This document shows, one piece after another, positions 41,268-56,515 of a stretch of 64,000 nucleotides of DNA. Source of the DNA: Eledone cirrhosa. Its lineage: Eukaryota. A model generated the notes under the pieces. The model was not told the DNA's origin. It ran no database searches and worked only from the letters and a program-made list of their open reading frames with translations. The stretch's first letter is position 1. Each line of letters opens with the position of its first letter. The DNA is taken from contig OZ024743.1 of NCBI GenBank assembly GCA_964016885.1, positions 272,676,001 through 272,740,000 of the forward strand, in the 5' to 3' direction. The position numbers and the translations under genes were made by a program.

Positions 41268-41321
<54 letters not shown>

Positions 41322-41670
41322 TATATAGATATATATATAGATATATATATATATATATATATATACCTGATAACACATGTCACTTCCGTTTTCAACTCCA
41401 GATATATTCTGTTGTACCTCGGCCGCTTTTATGTATGTTTACTTGTGTATAATTTGTACTCATTTATTCATACGGCTGGTTTTTATATTGTAAGTATGCG
41501 TGTAAGTGTGCATGTGTGTGATTACGTGTTTGTATATCTATAAGAATGCATTCGTATGTGCGCGTGTATGTCTATATATGTGTGTGTATGTGTGTTTTTA
41601 TATCTATGTTTTTCATACTTATATATATGTGTGTGTGTTTTTATATCTATGTTTTTCATACTTATATATA

Positions 41671-41748
<78 letters not shown>

Positions 41749-42536
41749 ATATGTGTGTGTATATATATATATGGTCGCGTGCGTGCGTGTGATAAGATGT
41801 ACATGTATGTATATATATGTGCTTCGTGTGTACGTATGCGCGGTTTTGTATGTATGTACGCATGTATGTGCCTTTGTCTGTACATATTTATATATTTATA
41901 TATATATGTGTGTGTGTACGAACTTCTGTATGTTTTCTATTTTTTCTAGTGTTACTTTATAATTGATAACCCCTACCTCTTACTTTCTCTTTGATTTAAT
42001 TTTTTTATTCTCATATATTATTTCATTTTTTTCATATTTTTTTATATTTTTTTATATTTTTCTATATTTTTTTTATATATGAATCGACCTTCAGCCTGAC
42101 ACTGCTTTGACTGATACACTCCCTTGCCTGTATATATCACATGCAAGTATGTGGTTGCTCGTGTGTGTGTGTTTATACGCGTGCTTTCATACTTGTATGT
42201 ATATATATTTCAATCCTTAGTCCCCCAGTCTATATGTACGCTAACTCTATTATCTTACAATTTCTTTTTTCAACATATATTATATACGTGTTTGTGGTCA
42301 CACATACACTGATATGCTTGCCCTCATGTATGTACTTATGCACACATTTTTTCCCTATACACATGCATTTGTACATACACACCTATGTACATTTGTAGGT
42401 GTACATACACACATTTATATACATACCCTTACTATATTTCCTTATTTTATTTCTTATATATCTCTTATATATTTTTTTTGCCCGTTAAAATTTTGCGTCT
42501 CTTGGGGAGATTTTTCAAATATTTCACTGTGTTTTA

Positions 42537-42614
42537 AATTGCCTTGTCTGACGAACGAATGAGGACGTTTCTTGTATTCGTCTTATTCGGGAAACCTCTG
42601 GTAATGAGGTAATT
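42537..42614 (+). ncRNA. Type I hammerhead ribozyme with 11-bp stem I
   Basis: aattgccttgt CTGACGA acgaatgaggacg…cgtcttattcgg GAAA cctctgg TA atgaggtaatt. Confidence 0.75.
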
Positions 42615-42757
42615 ATATTGTATTGTTTATTATACATTAAATTTAGCTCTGTAACTTACATAGAGCACTCTTCACTCCTATGACATTTTCAATTTTCAAT
42701 GGAAACTTCAATACTTATATATATATATATAAGAATACATATTTATATGTATATATA

Positions 42758-43166
42758 CGAGGGCAATCCCAAAACTAAGGTGTCCCTCCGATATTGCATC
42801 TTCCGATATTGCAACTTTTCCGTTAAAATCCTGTGGATGGTGCTTCGGGAAACCTCAGGAATCAAAATGCAGAGAACATCCAGAGTGATCCACCGATCTT
42901 TACGCATGTTTTCATCGGAAGGAAACCTTACTTTTGGGATTGCCCTAGTATATAATAACTGCGCGAAATTCGCACTTGGCGGTAGCGTTCAACGGGATCT
43001 CCATTCTCAACGGCTGCCAAGCCAAGATTGAGCATCCCAGCGAAGCCCGCGCATGCTTGTTTGGGAGTGAAGGAATCACCAATCACAACAGTGTTGCCAA
43101 CAGACGTACGAACAGTTAATCTGCGTCGCCATCGCTTTGTTGACCTTACGTTTGGGATTACCCTTG
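42758..43166. mobile_element. Tc1/mariner-type MITE (TIR cgagggcaatcccaaaa.taagg) with an extra right TIR
   Basis: TA-CGAGGGCAATCCCAAAACTAAGG at 42756; inverted TIRs end at 42948 and 43166, each followed by TA. Confidence 0.8.
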
Positions 43167-45125
43167 TATTTATATATATGTATGTGCGTGTCTGTGTGTA
43201 TGTATGTGTGTGTGTGTATGTGTCTGTGTGTGTGTGTGTCAACATGGGCTGCACGCAACCTTTTTAAGGCAGACGTTTACGGCTGGATGCCGTTGTCTTT
43301 ATTTTGTTGTCCTGGGTCATGCAAACTGTTTCTCCATGCACAGCTGTTATTTGTTACACATCACACTCGCTTATATTTTCTCTTGTTCTTTTATTTGGTT
43401 CAGACATTCGATATCGGTCATGTTGATGGGCAACATTTTCATGGGTTTAAATCGATCATACTTATTTCATAATTTTTCTGATGTTTGATTTACAGATTTC
43501 TATATAAAAAAGGATAAATTTGTATATACAACGTGCAATTCGACAATACTTTACACAAATATAGCTGCACAAACGCATATCTACCTATATATCTAGCTAC
43601 CTGTCCCCCAACATATCACTTATTCAACTTCTATCTTTCAATTAATTTCTTCTCAAACCGTCCATCAATATATCCATCCATTTTCAATCTATCAACCTAT
43701 ACCCAAACCTACACGATCACTCTTCAGTCTGTCTACCTATCCAATTGTTCTTCATGTAGCCACTTTAATCTCTTTACCTAGCCAAATATTCACCATCTAT
43801 CCACCTTTAATCTATTCACCTATACATCTATTTATCCCTTCGCCACCATACCCGTCAATCAATCTATCACTGTATCTCTGCACAATTACCTTTTATTTCA
43901 CAATAATGCACGAACTAATTTCCTATCTCTATAAAGCGTCTTATTGTTTCTCCTTTCCTTTCGATTCTTTTGTTCTTGTAACAAGTTTTTTTTATATATG
44001 TTAGGAAACAACACGACGGTCTCTTGTAAAGCCATAAACAATTTTCCTGCATCTCCTGAGCGAACCACACCCATCCAACCACCACCACCACCACCACAAC
44101 AACATGTCTACATAAAATACAGTTACTGACATAATACTAAATCTTCCCAGTAACAAAATATAGCGAAATATACGACTCAGTAAATAACAGTCTCGTTAAT
44201 GATAATAACATGGAAAGTATTTGCTGCTTAACTGTTGTTTTAATATGTAGAGAACATATTTGTAACTCATATGCAAATGCAATTTACAGCTATAACTTGC
44301 ATTCAATAAAAAGTTGTTTAGCTTCACGGGAGCTTGCCTATACATTCTATAATTGTTCACAGTGAGCAATATTAAAGTCAACTTTGGAAATGATTTTCCA
44401 AAATAATTCCGATCCTGTATATAACACTTTTCCTATTGAGGAAGTCATAATGCCCATTTATATTTTCACATTGACTTGTTCCTCAAAACTGCAAAACAAA
44501 CAAGATGTTGTATGGTAGTTCAATTAATTAAACATAGCTGCCAATTTTCCTTTAAAATTACACCCTACCATGCTGAAAAATGGAATGAATTATTGGGTGA
44601 TATATTTCTAGAAACAACTGAAAAGGCAGGGTGTCACTGGCTGGAATATCTTAATCATATTGGTTCCGTCTGATTAAGATCAACTTAGAGTTATACAACA
44701 GGAAGAATAGTTTTTTTGTTTGTGCTTCATCTGCATGTTGTAGATGTGCATGAACCCGTAACACCTGAGGGCATACTGCAATTCTTGGGCACTTTCTGTA
44801 CTCGGTGGAACCCATCTCTCCGGTCTGAACACAGTAGATTTCTTCTGAATGATAGAAAGTGGGAGAAAGGAAATGATAACATGATATAGAGGAATGACGG
44901 ACTCCAGTAGTCGACTGGAACTCTTTTCTCGGCCTAGAAAGGATGAAAGGCAAAGTTGACTTTGGTGGTATTTAAACTCAGGGAGCAGAGAGCTGGTACG
45001 AATATCGCCAATTATTCTATTTGACGTTCTAACGACTCTGTCAATTCGCCGCTTTAGGTGGTAAGTACAATATTTTACATAATGTTATAGTCATCAGATA
45101 GTGTGAGATAGTGTGTGCGTGCGTG

Positions 45126-45220
<95 letters not shown>

Positions 45221-45599
45221 ATGAAGGTGTTTCATATTTATAGGGAAATTCGTTTTTTGTTGGAATTGCCTCATGTCAACTGGGTGTTGATTTCATTTTA
45301 CATAGAGGTTACACAGTTGAAACTACGAGAAGATATATATAGGTATTTAGGGGTTGCAGAGTTTGGCTCCTTTTCAATGTTATGCCAAGAATATGCTATC
45401 CATTTACTTCAACACTTGTTGATTGTGGCCAGATTGTATTTTTTGTCCGTCTGTGTACACGCTTCAGATGTTTCATTTCTACCATTCATAGGACCCAAAA
45501 TAAAAAAATAAATAAACTTAAAATAAGTATGATATTTGCCAATTAATAAGAAAATGGAAACCAAAAAGGCCATTTGACTGCTTGAGAGAAATCCCGGAT

Positions 45600-46290
45600 G
45601 TGTAGTTAACTCAAACTCGACTCCCCTTCAAAAATTGCCCCCGTGCTTTCTTTAGTATCACGTCGAACTCGAAGAGACAATGTCAATTGCCGTCACAAAA
45701 AATTAACGCGAACATCCAGGAAATGTTGGGAAAAGCAAATAACCCTACCAAAATGGAAAAAAAAACAAAAAAACATCCGCACTACAATCGAGAAATTGTA
45801 TAAAGAATATCAAGGATCAGGTAAAAGAAAAGTCAGGGCTGACTGACAAAGCAATTGCAAAGTGTGAGATTTGGAAAGGTGATCCCGAGGAAAGTTTTGA
45901 CATTGCAAGCCAGGACTTTCTTGAACAAAAGGATGTCTCATCTGAAGACAAAGCTTTCTTTGAGATATAGAGGGAAGATCAGATGTCAGCATTCCTGGTT
46001 GGTGTTGATACAGAAAATGTGAGAGCTATTCAAAAGAATGCAAGAAGATTCAGAAACAGAAGTCAAGATGTCCGAGAAAGTAGCTCTTGAAAGTTCGTCA
46101 TCCAGCTCAGTTATTAATGATGATGATGAAATCTTCCCCTCAGCACCGACCCTAAGATCACTGCAAATAAAGCTGAGTCTCGACGCCACTCTTGTTGCCA
46201 CGTGGAAACCGAACGGGAGAAACTAAGTACATATTAAATCGCAATTGCGAAGAGTCTTGGTAATGATGTGTCCGAACTTTCTGTTACCCA
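45600..46290 (+). pseudogene. Possible decayed DNA-transposon ORF fragment
   Basis: Coding-like stretch across frames: 'IEKLYKEYQ…SFDIASQDFL…EDKAF…LVGVD'; family not identified. Confidence 0.3.
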
Positions 46291-47399
46291 TTCAAATTTT
46301 TCTCGAGCAAGAACCAGTCACCGTGAGAAAATGGCTCTGGAAATCTAGTTATCCACTTTCCCATCTGAAGAGAGATCCTGACTAGTCCTCCGCTGAGATG
46401 GAGAATTATTACCATCGGCTTCCCAATCCAGTACACTCGAGATCTGTTTCCATCATCTGGTTCCTGTATCCCAATGCTCACATATCAAACAGTTCCTGGA
46501 ACATTGGGACTCCAATCTATAAGTATTATTATCAAACTATCCTGGATGATGACGGGCCCATGGGAGATTATTATTAGCAAAAGAGGGAGGAGATGGTTGC
46601 ATGTCATCTGATTGTACTGCTCTCTTGAGATCATCCCTGAGATGACTCTGCCGAGATCATAAAGCTCTTCCTTATCTACCTTGGTAGTTGCTCATCTCCC
46701 CAGTTCTCCGTCGCGGTCACAGGAGCTTAGCACCAGGTTCGTTGGATGGCTAAGGCCATACATGTGATCTTTAACCCCCAATTATTGTGTATTTAGAACG
46801 ACTTTTGTCTGCTTATTATCATTTCAAGAAGTCCCCCAGAGGACAAAGGGAGATGGTCCTGGTAATCAATTTTATCCATAAAGAGCGTTTATCCATTTAA
46901 CCCCAGTATTCATCCTGCTTATTTTCATTTCATTTCGTTCTGTCTTGTGGTTTCAGAGTTAACAGAGAGGACAATATACCACAGGCCAGGTTCATAGAAA
47001 TCATCACAAATAAAAAGATGTGAAAATATGCAACACCTAAATATTATTTGATTGATCTATAATTCAGCATACTTCGTTATTTTGTAAATCTGAACACGGG
47101 CTTTATCGACGAGGGATGACTAGTGAGTAGTCTGCAAAATGAAACATCGTAATGCAGATACGCTTTTTTATATAAATATATGGATTGATGTATGTATAGA
47201 AATGAACCCGACAACCTATGAAAATATCATCAATGATTTTGGTCAAATATAAAGAGCGGTGATTTGCTGTCTGAAGGAAAACAACAATGGATATAAGTCT
47301 ACAAGGAGGTCATTTGGTAAATGGAAATACAACCAAATACGACATAACCCCAAGCCGAATTTCGTATTAAGAATATATTTTATTGTTTAATTTGTAAAA

Positions 47400-47446
47400 T
47401 AAAGAATTGATTCTGCAAAATTTATATATCAATGAAAATAGAGTAT

Positions 47447-47502
<56 letters not shown>

Positions 47503-47728
47503 TATATATATATATAATATATATATATATGATATATATATATATCATATACATATATATAATATATATATATATGATATATATATATATCATATACATA
47601 TATATAATATATGATATATATATATATCATATATATATATATAATATATATATGATATATATATATCATATATATATATAATATATATATATATGATATA
47701 TATATATCATATATATAATATATATATC

Positions 47729-47798
<70 letters not shown>

Positions 47799-47845
47799 TA
47801 TATATAATATATATATATATATATCATATATATAATATATATATC

Positions 47846-47938
<93 letters not shown>

Positions 47939-48109
47939 CATATATATAATATATATATATATATATATCATATATATAATATATATATATATATTATATA
48001 TATATCATATATATATATATATATCATATATATAATATATATCATATATATAATATATATATATATATTATATATATATATATATATGATATATATATAT
48101 ATATATATA

Positions 48110-48147
<38 letters not shown>

Positions 48148-48181
48148 TATATATAATATATATATATATAATATATATATA

Positions 48182-48273
<92 letters not shown>

Positions 48274-48278
48274 ATATA

Positions 48279-48313
<35 letters not shown>

Positions 48314-48318
48314 ATATA

Positions 48319-48353
<35 letters not shown>

Positions 48354-48358
48354 ATATA

Positions 48359-48395
<37 letters not shown>

Positions 48396-48412
48396 ATATA
48401 TATATATATATA

Positions 48413-48449
<37 letters not shown>

Positions 48450-48453
48450 TCAT

Positions 48454-48484
<31 letters not shown>

Positions 48485-48579
48485 GATATATATATATGAT
48501 ATATATATATGATATATATATAAATATATATATATATATGATATATATGATATATATATATAATATATATATATATAAT

Positions 48580-48611
<32 letters not shown>

Positions 48612-48703
48612 GATATATATATATAATATATATATATATAATATATATATATATAAATATATATATATATATGATATATATATATAATATATATATATAT
48701 AAT

Positions 48704-48735
<32 letters not shown>

Positions 48736-48749
48736 GATATATATATCAT

Positions 48750-48785
<36 letters not shown>

Positions 48786-48832
48786 GATATATATATATAT
48801 ATATAGTAATATATGATATATATATATATATG

Positions 48833-48872
<40 letters not shown>

Positions 48873-48907
48873 GATATATATATATATATATATATGATAT
48901 ATATATA

Positions 48908-48953
<46 letters not shown>

Positions 48954-48996
48954 TCTATTTTCATTGATATATTAGTTTTGCAAAATCAATTCTTTA
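47400..48996. repeat. About 1.5-kb complex TA satellite bracketed by inverted repeats of about 47 bp
   Basis: aaagaattgattctgcaaaa…aatgaaaatagagta (47401-47446) and its reverse complement (48950-48995). Confidence 0.9.
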
Positions 48997-49434
48997 TATA
49001 TATATATATAGAAAGAGAAAGAGAAAATATAGAAATTTAATTCGTCATGACAAAATGTTTAATTTGCTGGCAGCGGAGGTTAACATTCTCACACTGGTTG
49101 ACATTTCAATTGACTGGTTAGTGAGAACTAATTGCTTCGCTGCATTATAAATTCAAATCACACTGCTCTGAGCCTTTCTCTCTCATAAACGGTATTATAC
49201 GTTTATATACACTTTTTCTTTGTTTTATTATTCAACTATAGATGCTTAGCAATGTATAAAATATAACAAGTTAAAAATAGAGATTATATTTAAAATGAGA
49301 AATTAAAACTGAAATTCAATGAATGACTACGTTGGCAACAACCTTGAGAGCAACACAAACGATACGATAAACTGTCAATGACATCTAAAACAGCTCCACC
49401 ATAAAATCAATAACATCAATGAACAAGCCATAGA

Positions 49435-49474
<40 letters not shown>

Positions 49475-49562
49475 TATATTAAAAGGTGTAGACAGACACA
49501 ATCATTTGAGAGAATTATCTGTTTTAATACAGACCAGTGCTTACTTATATTAAGACATATAC

Positions 49563-49658
<96 letters not shown>

Positions 49659-51235
49659 GTGTTATATGTATGCATACGTTTTCCTTTGAATTTGGTTTAT
49701 ATTGAATAATATTACATTGGTACAAGTTCGCACATCTTAGCGGTGGCTATAATCTTTTATCTCCTGTATTTTATTGCCACAGTAATTTATTGAACCTGGA
49801 ATGATGGAAAGACAACTTTAACCCCAGAAGGATTTGAACTTAGAATCTAAAGTCCCGATCAAAATTCCACAAGTTATTATTCACAAAGTAGCAAGATTTT
49901 ACTTTTCAGCATTAAATCAGTAAGAGTGTATTTTGGAAATATTTAAAATGCATTTTTATAAAAATTATGAGATATATATTACTATTTTTTATGCGATGAC
50001 AGGCAACGAAATATTAGATTCGCTCAAACGTCAGATATAATGCGTTATGATATTTGTTCAGGCTTTCTGCGCTGAGTTCAAATTCCCCTGAAGTCAACCT
50101 TTTCTTACTACGGTGTAATACTTGTGCCGATCTTCCTTTCAATATCGTAGGAATAAATCGGTTGTGCTTCGACCTGGGGAAGGCTGGGCTTTGGCAAGTT
50201 TGATGTACCCTTACGGGCCTATTGAAGATTACATTATTCTTTCGCAACTTCTCCATTCGAAAGACTGAGGGAGATTTGAGAGCTATTTGTAGCAGATTCT
50301 GCGACCATCAAGAGGCTCCTTAATTAATTGACTGCCGACTGAAACGGTATGTGTTTTGACACATTGGTTCGCTAAGAGAAAATAGCTCAATATAAATGAG
50401 AATATTTGACAATAAATGCGTTTAAGTTAGTTCTATGAATCCATTTCGTTCAAGTGAGCAGCAGAATGTTTTGGCGAACGGATTAATGTCGAACAATTAT
50501 TTATGTGTTGAAACTGGTTAACTATTTAGTTCAGGGCGTAATTTACAATCGCACTATAAATAATGTTTCGTTGAAAAAATGCTTAAGGTTATATAAACTG
50601 TCCAAGAATTAATCATCGTATATTGAAAGAATGCACCTGTACAGATCCATTTACTTTCTTCGGAGAAAATATAATCAATACACTATGACACTTAATGTGA
50701 TTCAAATGGTGTCATTGAAAACCGAAAGCAATCGAAAGGAAGAATATAAGACACTTTTTTTCCTTGTTATATTATAATTTGCGAAACATAAGCGTCGTCG
50801 GTTACATTATTCAAGTAGTTCAATCTTTGGTTCAAAGCATTTCTATAGCGTGAGAATGGAAAGGTCTATCCATATACAGGGAAAATATTAAAAATACTTT
50901 TTAAGAGCACGTTTTTTTCAGCCACTCCATTTTTGATAACATAAAGCTACAGACATACGTCTGTGTGTCCTAACGCGAATGACCATCATAATCCTTGAGA
51001 AAATCTGATGTAGTACTCCTGGAGAGGGAAGAACGTCCACAATGGCATCTGCGAGGAATCAAACCCCGCATTTCACGGATGCGGGTGATTGGTTTAATCA
51101 CTACGCAAAGAGCGGTTGGCCAACATTTTCGTTTTTTGGAAGATTTTAAGCCTGTAGTTATAAATATAAACGGGAGTTTGTTTATTTAATATTTAAAATA
51201 TGAAAACATCCACTTTAAATCTTCTGAAACGAAGG

Positions 51236-51323
51236 AAATGGAGGTCATCGTTTTTTATCGTAGTATTCAGCCTTATTATAGTCATTTGACGCATTGGGTT
51301 GCACCATTTCTTATATATATATA

Positions 51324-51375
<52 letters not shown>

Positions 51376-51451
51376 AAATGGTGCAAAGCAATGGGCCAAA
51401 TGACTATAATAAGGCTGAATACTACGATAAAAAAAACGATGGCCTCCATTT
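51236..51451. repeat. Inverted repeats of about 75 bp enclosing a (TA)n tract
   Basis: 51236-51312 versus 51372-51451. Confidence 0.9.
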
Positions 51452-52941
51452 ACAATTGTGGTACAATTGATTTGGCAAGAGATATATTGAAACATACAAA
51501 GAGATATGCAAATTTATGAGTTCTTAAGCAAATAATAATATTTATAGTAATAATATTATTACTTTCTGCACAGGGTGGGAAAACCGATTACTACTATTCT
51601 CTCTCTGCCCCCCCCCCCTTATCTCTCCATATATATATATATATATATATATAAGCGAATATATCGTTAGTTCAAATCACATCACTCTCACAGTATACTA
51701 ACGTGTCACTTCATATTAAATAGATATCAGAGGTGTATTTAAGTAAGATGGAGGGAAAGCATATGTAACAAACTAAAGTTACGTTATCGTGGAGTTCTTT
51801 AATCTACGTCATTTCAAGGCGCTCGGTTGTTTCTTCCTTGGAATTGGACTTAATAGTTGAACAACTCCAAGTTACACCCATAACACAATAATAAATGAAT
51901 CATAGTTATCTTAACGACAGCCTGGCATTAATTTTGTTATCTAGAATTTAATTCATTTAACGCTTGGTTAAGATTCTCCCCATTTAAAACAGGAGTTTCG
52001 CTTCATATATTATATGAAGTTGGATTCACAGCACTGATACTTTTAAAGCCTGATTCCAAACATTAAAAATACAATGTTGTCAATGCATTTATGCATCATA
52101 GTATGTTGATAATAAGTTCAACCTTAGCTGTGAATTATTTTTCTCTGGGTCAGGCAGCATACTTAACATATTTTGTCATTGCTATTGGAGTATGCCTACA
52201 GCAAATATGTTCGGAAGAGAAATAAACAGAAAATGGTTGCAAGCATTCTAATCAACAATGCAGAGATACAATCAGACTAGAAAATCTCCGTGCAGATTAA
52301 TTAAAATGAATATTAAAAAATACTTCCGTTAACGTTATCTAACATTAAGATCGAAACGACCGTACTCTCATATATACTTTGAACTTTTGTGTATTATACA
52401 TTGCTGATTTAGGATGAAATATTACTGATTAGGATGTATAAAAAATTGCAATGCATGAAACGTGAAAGATTGCGTTAAAAACATGAAGGCGAATGAGATA
52501 ACAATCAGTATACCGGCTACGCAGGGAAACTAATTCATAAAGAATAGAGAAGGAAGGTGTCAGGTTGACTTCCAAAAAGGGATAGATACAGTGTAATCTC
52601 GCAGCAAACACTTGAAAGAGATAAATGCTTCTAAAATTATAGAAATACCTCAGAATATTACTAGCAGTTCCACTTCAGAGACAAATAGACACTAAACGTG
52701 TAATTTGACACATGAACACGTGGGAATAACAAAGGTTAATTGTTAATTGTATTGATCATATTTTGCAAACATGTCATACTTCGCAAGGGTGGGTGGGTTA
52801 TTATGGAATAACTCGAAACATGCATATTTCTGTCACCTATTTTATAATCTATAAACGAGAATAAATTTAAATAATTGATTTCTTAACCGTAGAGGTGCAT
52901 TTCGCCGAAGGAATTGATCTCAATAATCAATTAGTATTTAT

Positions 52942-53100
52942 TTCTTCTTCTTCTTCTTCTTCTTCTTCTTCTTCTTCGCCCACTTATTCAAAAGAGGGTT
53001 GTGGAGGCAGAGTCCTCAAACACACCTTCAAGCAGGTCCTGTCAGAAGCCACCGTCTCCAACTCATCTGGCTGGATCCCCAAGCGAGACCAGCCAAGCTA
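52942..53100 (-). mobile_element. RTE-like LINE 3' fragment with (GAA)n tail
   Basis: (TTC)n at 52942-52977 adjoining a GC-richer fragment. Confidence 0.45.
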
Positions 53101-55466
53101 ACTAATTACCGAGAAGTATTTTCTTCGACACACTACTGATTTTGTCATCCACCACACTAATATAATAATTTTCTGATCTAGACACCAAGCCAGTAAATTT
53201 TTTAGATGGGTGGAGGATCTCGATTAAATTGACGTCAATATTTTACTGATACTACATTTTATTGAATCTTGGACGACAGAAACTCAAACCAAGAAATATA
53301 TTTTATTTGTAATTAATGTAAAAAATGTTGAACAATAACATCGTTTGGTAGAATTTTCCAGCAGAGGTCTATCAGTATTTTAAGTGTTTCACTGTATCAC
53401 TGACATCGAGAGAGAGAAGGGAGTGTTTTTAACTCGATATAGAATAAATATCTCATGGGAAATTTGTTTGTAAATCTCTGGTTTAAAAATAATGGTCTAT
53501 CACTAACAGCAACAGATATGACATTACGAACTGCAATCAATATGAGGAAAGCAAATAGGAATAATATAATAAAGTGCACATTTAAGATACGTACTAGCAC
53601 TGTGCTTGATATAACAGATAAATCTCTGTTAAACTACAGTGTATCATTTTTATGAAGATCGCGTTGAATTATTGAGTTCTGGATTCTCTGCACTTATAAA
53701 AAAATCATTGGTATGGTCATTTTCAGAATGTCTTTGATTATAAGTCTGCTCCATGAAAGTTGATCTATAGCTGAAACAACAATAACGACATCAGTAGTAT
53801 ATGGTAAAGCACATGCTATCGCTGTGCACGCAGCTACAGATAACAATAAATCTCATTTACATCACGTCCTACGATCTTCAAACTAATATTGTACGACGTA
53901 ATCATAAATATCTTAAAATACAGGTCGGTCATGGTTAGAATGTCTTTGAATGTATATACCTGACCAAAAATGATTGATCATGTACTAAACTACAACAACG
54001 ACAATAACAACAACAGCAGTATATTCGTTGTGTGTGAGAGTTAAATATCAACAATAACATTTGCTAACTTTAATAAAATAAAATAAAAAATAGATAAACA
54101 ATTATTAAAAAAGTAAACGAAAACAATCCGTTCAAATAAAACAAAACAAAACATTAGATTTAACTTATTCTGTATGTTGGTGCAATATGTCATCCAATGA
54201 CATTTTGAAAATAAATTCACGATAGAGAGAACAAATACCGATAACAAGGATTATTTTGTTTTTCATCTAAGAAATTGAATAGAAAATAAAAAAGAGATGT
54301 ATTAATAACATTTTCGATGTCACATTTCACTGAATAATACTGATCTGACGAAGTGGTTGAGGTTATTCACCATCATATCTTCATAATCTTATGATGATGA
54401 TCACCATTTCCATATGCGCCATATTCCTTTGTATCGTTACCCATGTTAACCTATTCATCTTAATTCACTACTTTTTCTTCGTTCTCTTTATTTTCACCGA
54501 CTTCTTTTACTTTATGTATTCATCCATTTCATTATTTTCATTCTTCACTACTTTTTCTTCATTCTTTTCTTATATATTAATCAGTCTCTTCCTCATCTGG
54601 ACGATCAATCCGTCCTCAAAATAAATTAAGGCCTTATTGAAGAATATGGGTCTAGACTGTTTAAATACAAGATGATCACGGGAGAATGATTGCAGGTTTG
54701 CTCAACCAGGCGATAATCAACAACAACAAAAATAACTGCGTTGTATTCATGTATAATAGAATCAGTATCATGACAAATTACAAATAACGGTATTTATTCA
54801 TAAATGTGTTACTACTGTATGCAAATCAATCCAGCAATTTAACAAGGGCTTTGTGGATGTCATGTTCTAATATAGTTTCATATTTGTCTGTAATTCATAG
54901 CTATTACAAATGTACTTGTATGACTGTGTGTATAGATTTCTTGATATTAATAATTTCATTTCTCTATACCATTCAGAACTTGTTGAATAAGCTTAAAAGA
55001 GAGAGAAAATTCAAACAACTTGTCCTAGTACTATGAAAAACTATTGAATGCTTTACAATTTGAAAATGCAAGAGATTTAACCTGCCCACAGCCATATTGA
55101 AATACAACAGAAAGTAATAATAACATTTAGTTTCAAAAGCTTTAGCGATAGAGTCGTCAGTTGCGTTTAAATGACAGAGTTTATGAATTCTGAATACGCC
55201 TAATTCATGGTTTTATCTCTTTTATGGTAGCATACAGTATAATAAAAAGAAACGTGATGAACTTTACAACTTTTTACTAGGGTTGACTCTCACATTATAT
55301 ATAGACGTTATCTATAATAATATTGTGCTATATTCAACGCAAGTAAAGCTTTAACTATGGAAGTAAATCGAAGACATAATAATTCATAGATAGAACATTC
55401 ATATCACTTATCTTTTTGTAACACAAATAAATATTTTAAATTAAGCATCATTATATTATATATAAA

Positions 55467-55852
55467 GGGCGGGGAATTGGCAGTATCGGTAGAGAGTCGG
55501 ACGCCATGCTTTCTAGCATAGTTACGTCCCTTTACAGTCTGAGTTCAAATCCCGCCGAGGTTGACTTTGCCTTTCATCCTTATGGGGTCGATAAAATAAA
55601 GTACCAGTAATGCACTGTGTAATTGCTGGCCTTGTGCCTCAAGTAGAAACAATTATATTATATATAAAACGGCGGTGGATTGGCAGTATCGGTAGAGGGT
55701 CGGATGCCATGCTTTCCAGCATAGTTACGTCCCTTTACGATCTGAGTTCAAATCCCGAGGTTAACTTTGCCTTTCATCCTTACGGGGTCGATAAAATAAA
55801 GTACCACTAATGCACTAGGTAATTGCTGGCCTTGTGCCTAAAGTAGAAACAA
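55467..55852 (+). mobile_element. Two tandem SINEs
   Basis: Consensus twice; 'ttatattatatataa' before, between and after. Confidence 0.92.
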
Positions 55853-55975
55853 ATTATATTATATATAACTGAACGACAAGAGAAAGAATGAATACTGCCA
55901 TGTATTTCCTTTCTCAATCTAACAATGCTACTAAATAATCGTCTCGTTTTAGTGTTATTAACATTAAATTATTAC

Positions 55976-56070
55976 CTCGGACAATACATTATAACACCTA
56001 TAGTTTGAATATACACAACCACCACAACTAGGTATGTTTCTTTTGGTTCTGACTGACCATGGTTTTGTAC
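55976..56070 (-). other. Candidate 95-bp coding exon
   Basis: ttttccag | GT-TKPWSVRTKRNIPSCGGCVYSNYRCYNVLSE | gtaata. Confidence 0.3.
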
Positions 56071-56338
56071 CTGGAAAAGCGCAAGCCTGAGCACGTTTGT
56101 TTTTGTGGAAAACCCGCAGTTTCTCATGCATGTCAGTCACACATCTCCACACAACCGATGCTGTTTGACACCAGTGTCTTAGCAATTAATATTTCCGTCT
56201 GAGTGGACTGGAGTGAAATAAATTATCACGCTCGTAATAATTTATCATCACGTGCCGCACAATCTGGGAATCAAACTCATGATCTTACGATCATATAACC
56301 CAAATCTCGATTACTATGGCATGCGCCTTGACATTATT

Positions 56339-56515
56339 ATTGGCAGTATCGGTAGAGGGTCGGACGCCATGCTTTGCAGCATAGAGTTACGCCCCTTTAT
56401 GATCTGAGTTCAAATCCCACCGAGGTTAACTTAGCCTTTCATCCTTACAGGGTCGATAAAATAAAGTACACTGGGTTAATTGCTGGCCTTGTGCCAAAAG
56501 TAGAAACAATTATTA
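56339..56515 (+). mobile_element. SINE
   Basis: Consensus match. Confidence 0.88.

Noticed and set aside
46300-46900. GC-richer block suggestive of an old LINE
   Set aside because: No motif could be read with confidence
54330-54640. Hydrophobic plus-strand ORF and acidic minus-strand reading
   Set aside because: Decayed TTC/ATC low-complexity sequence with stops on the minus strand
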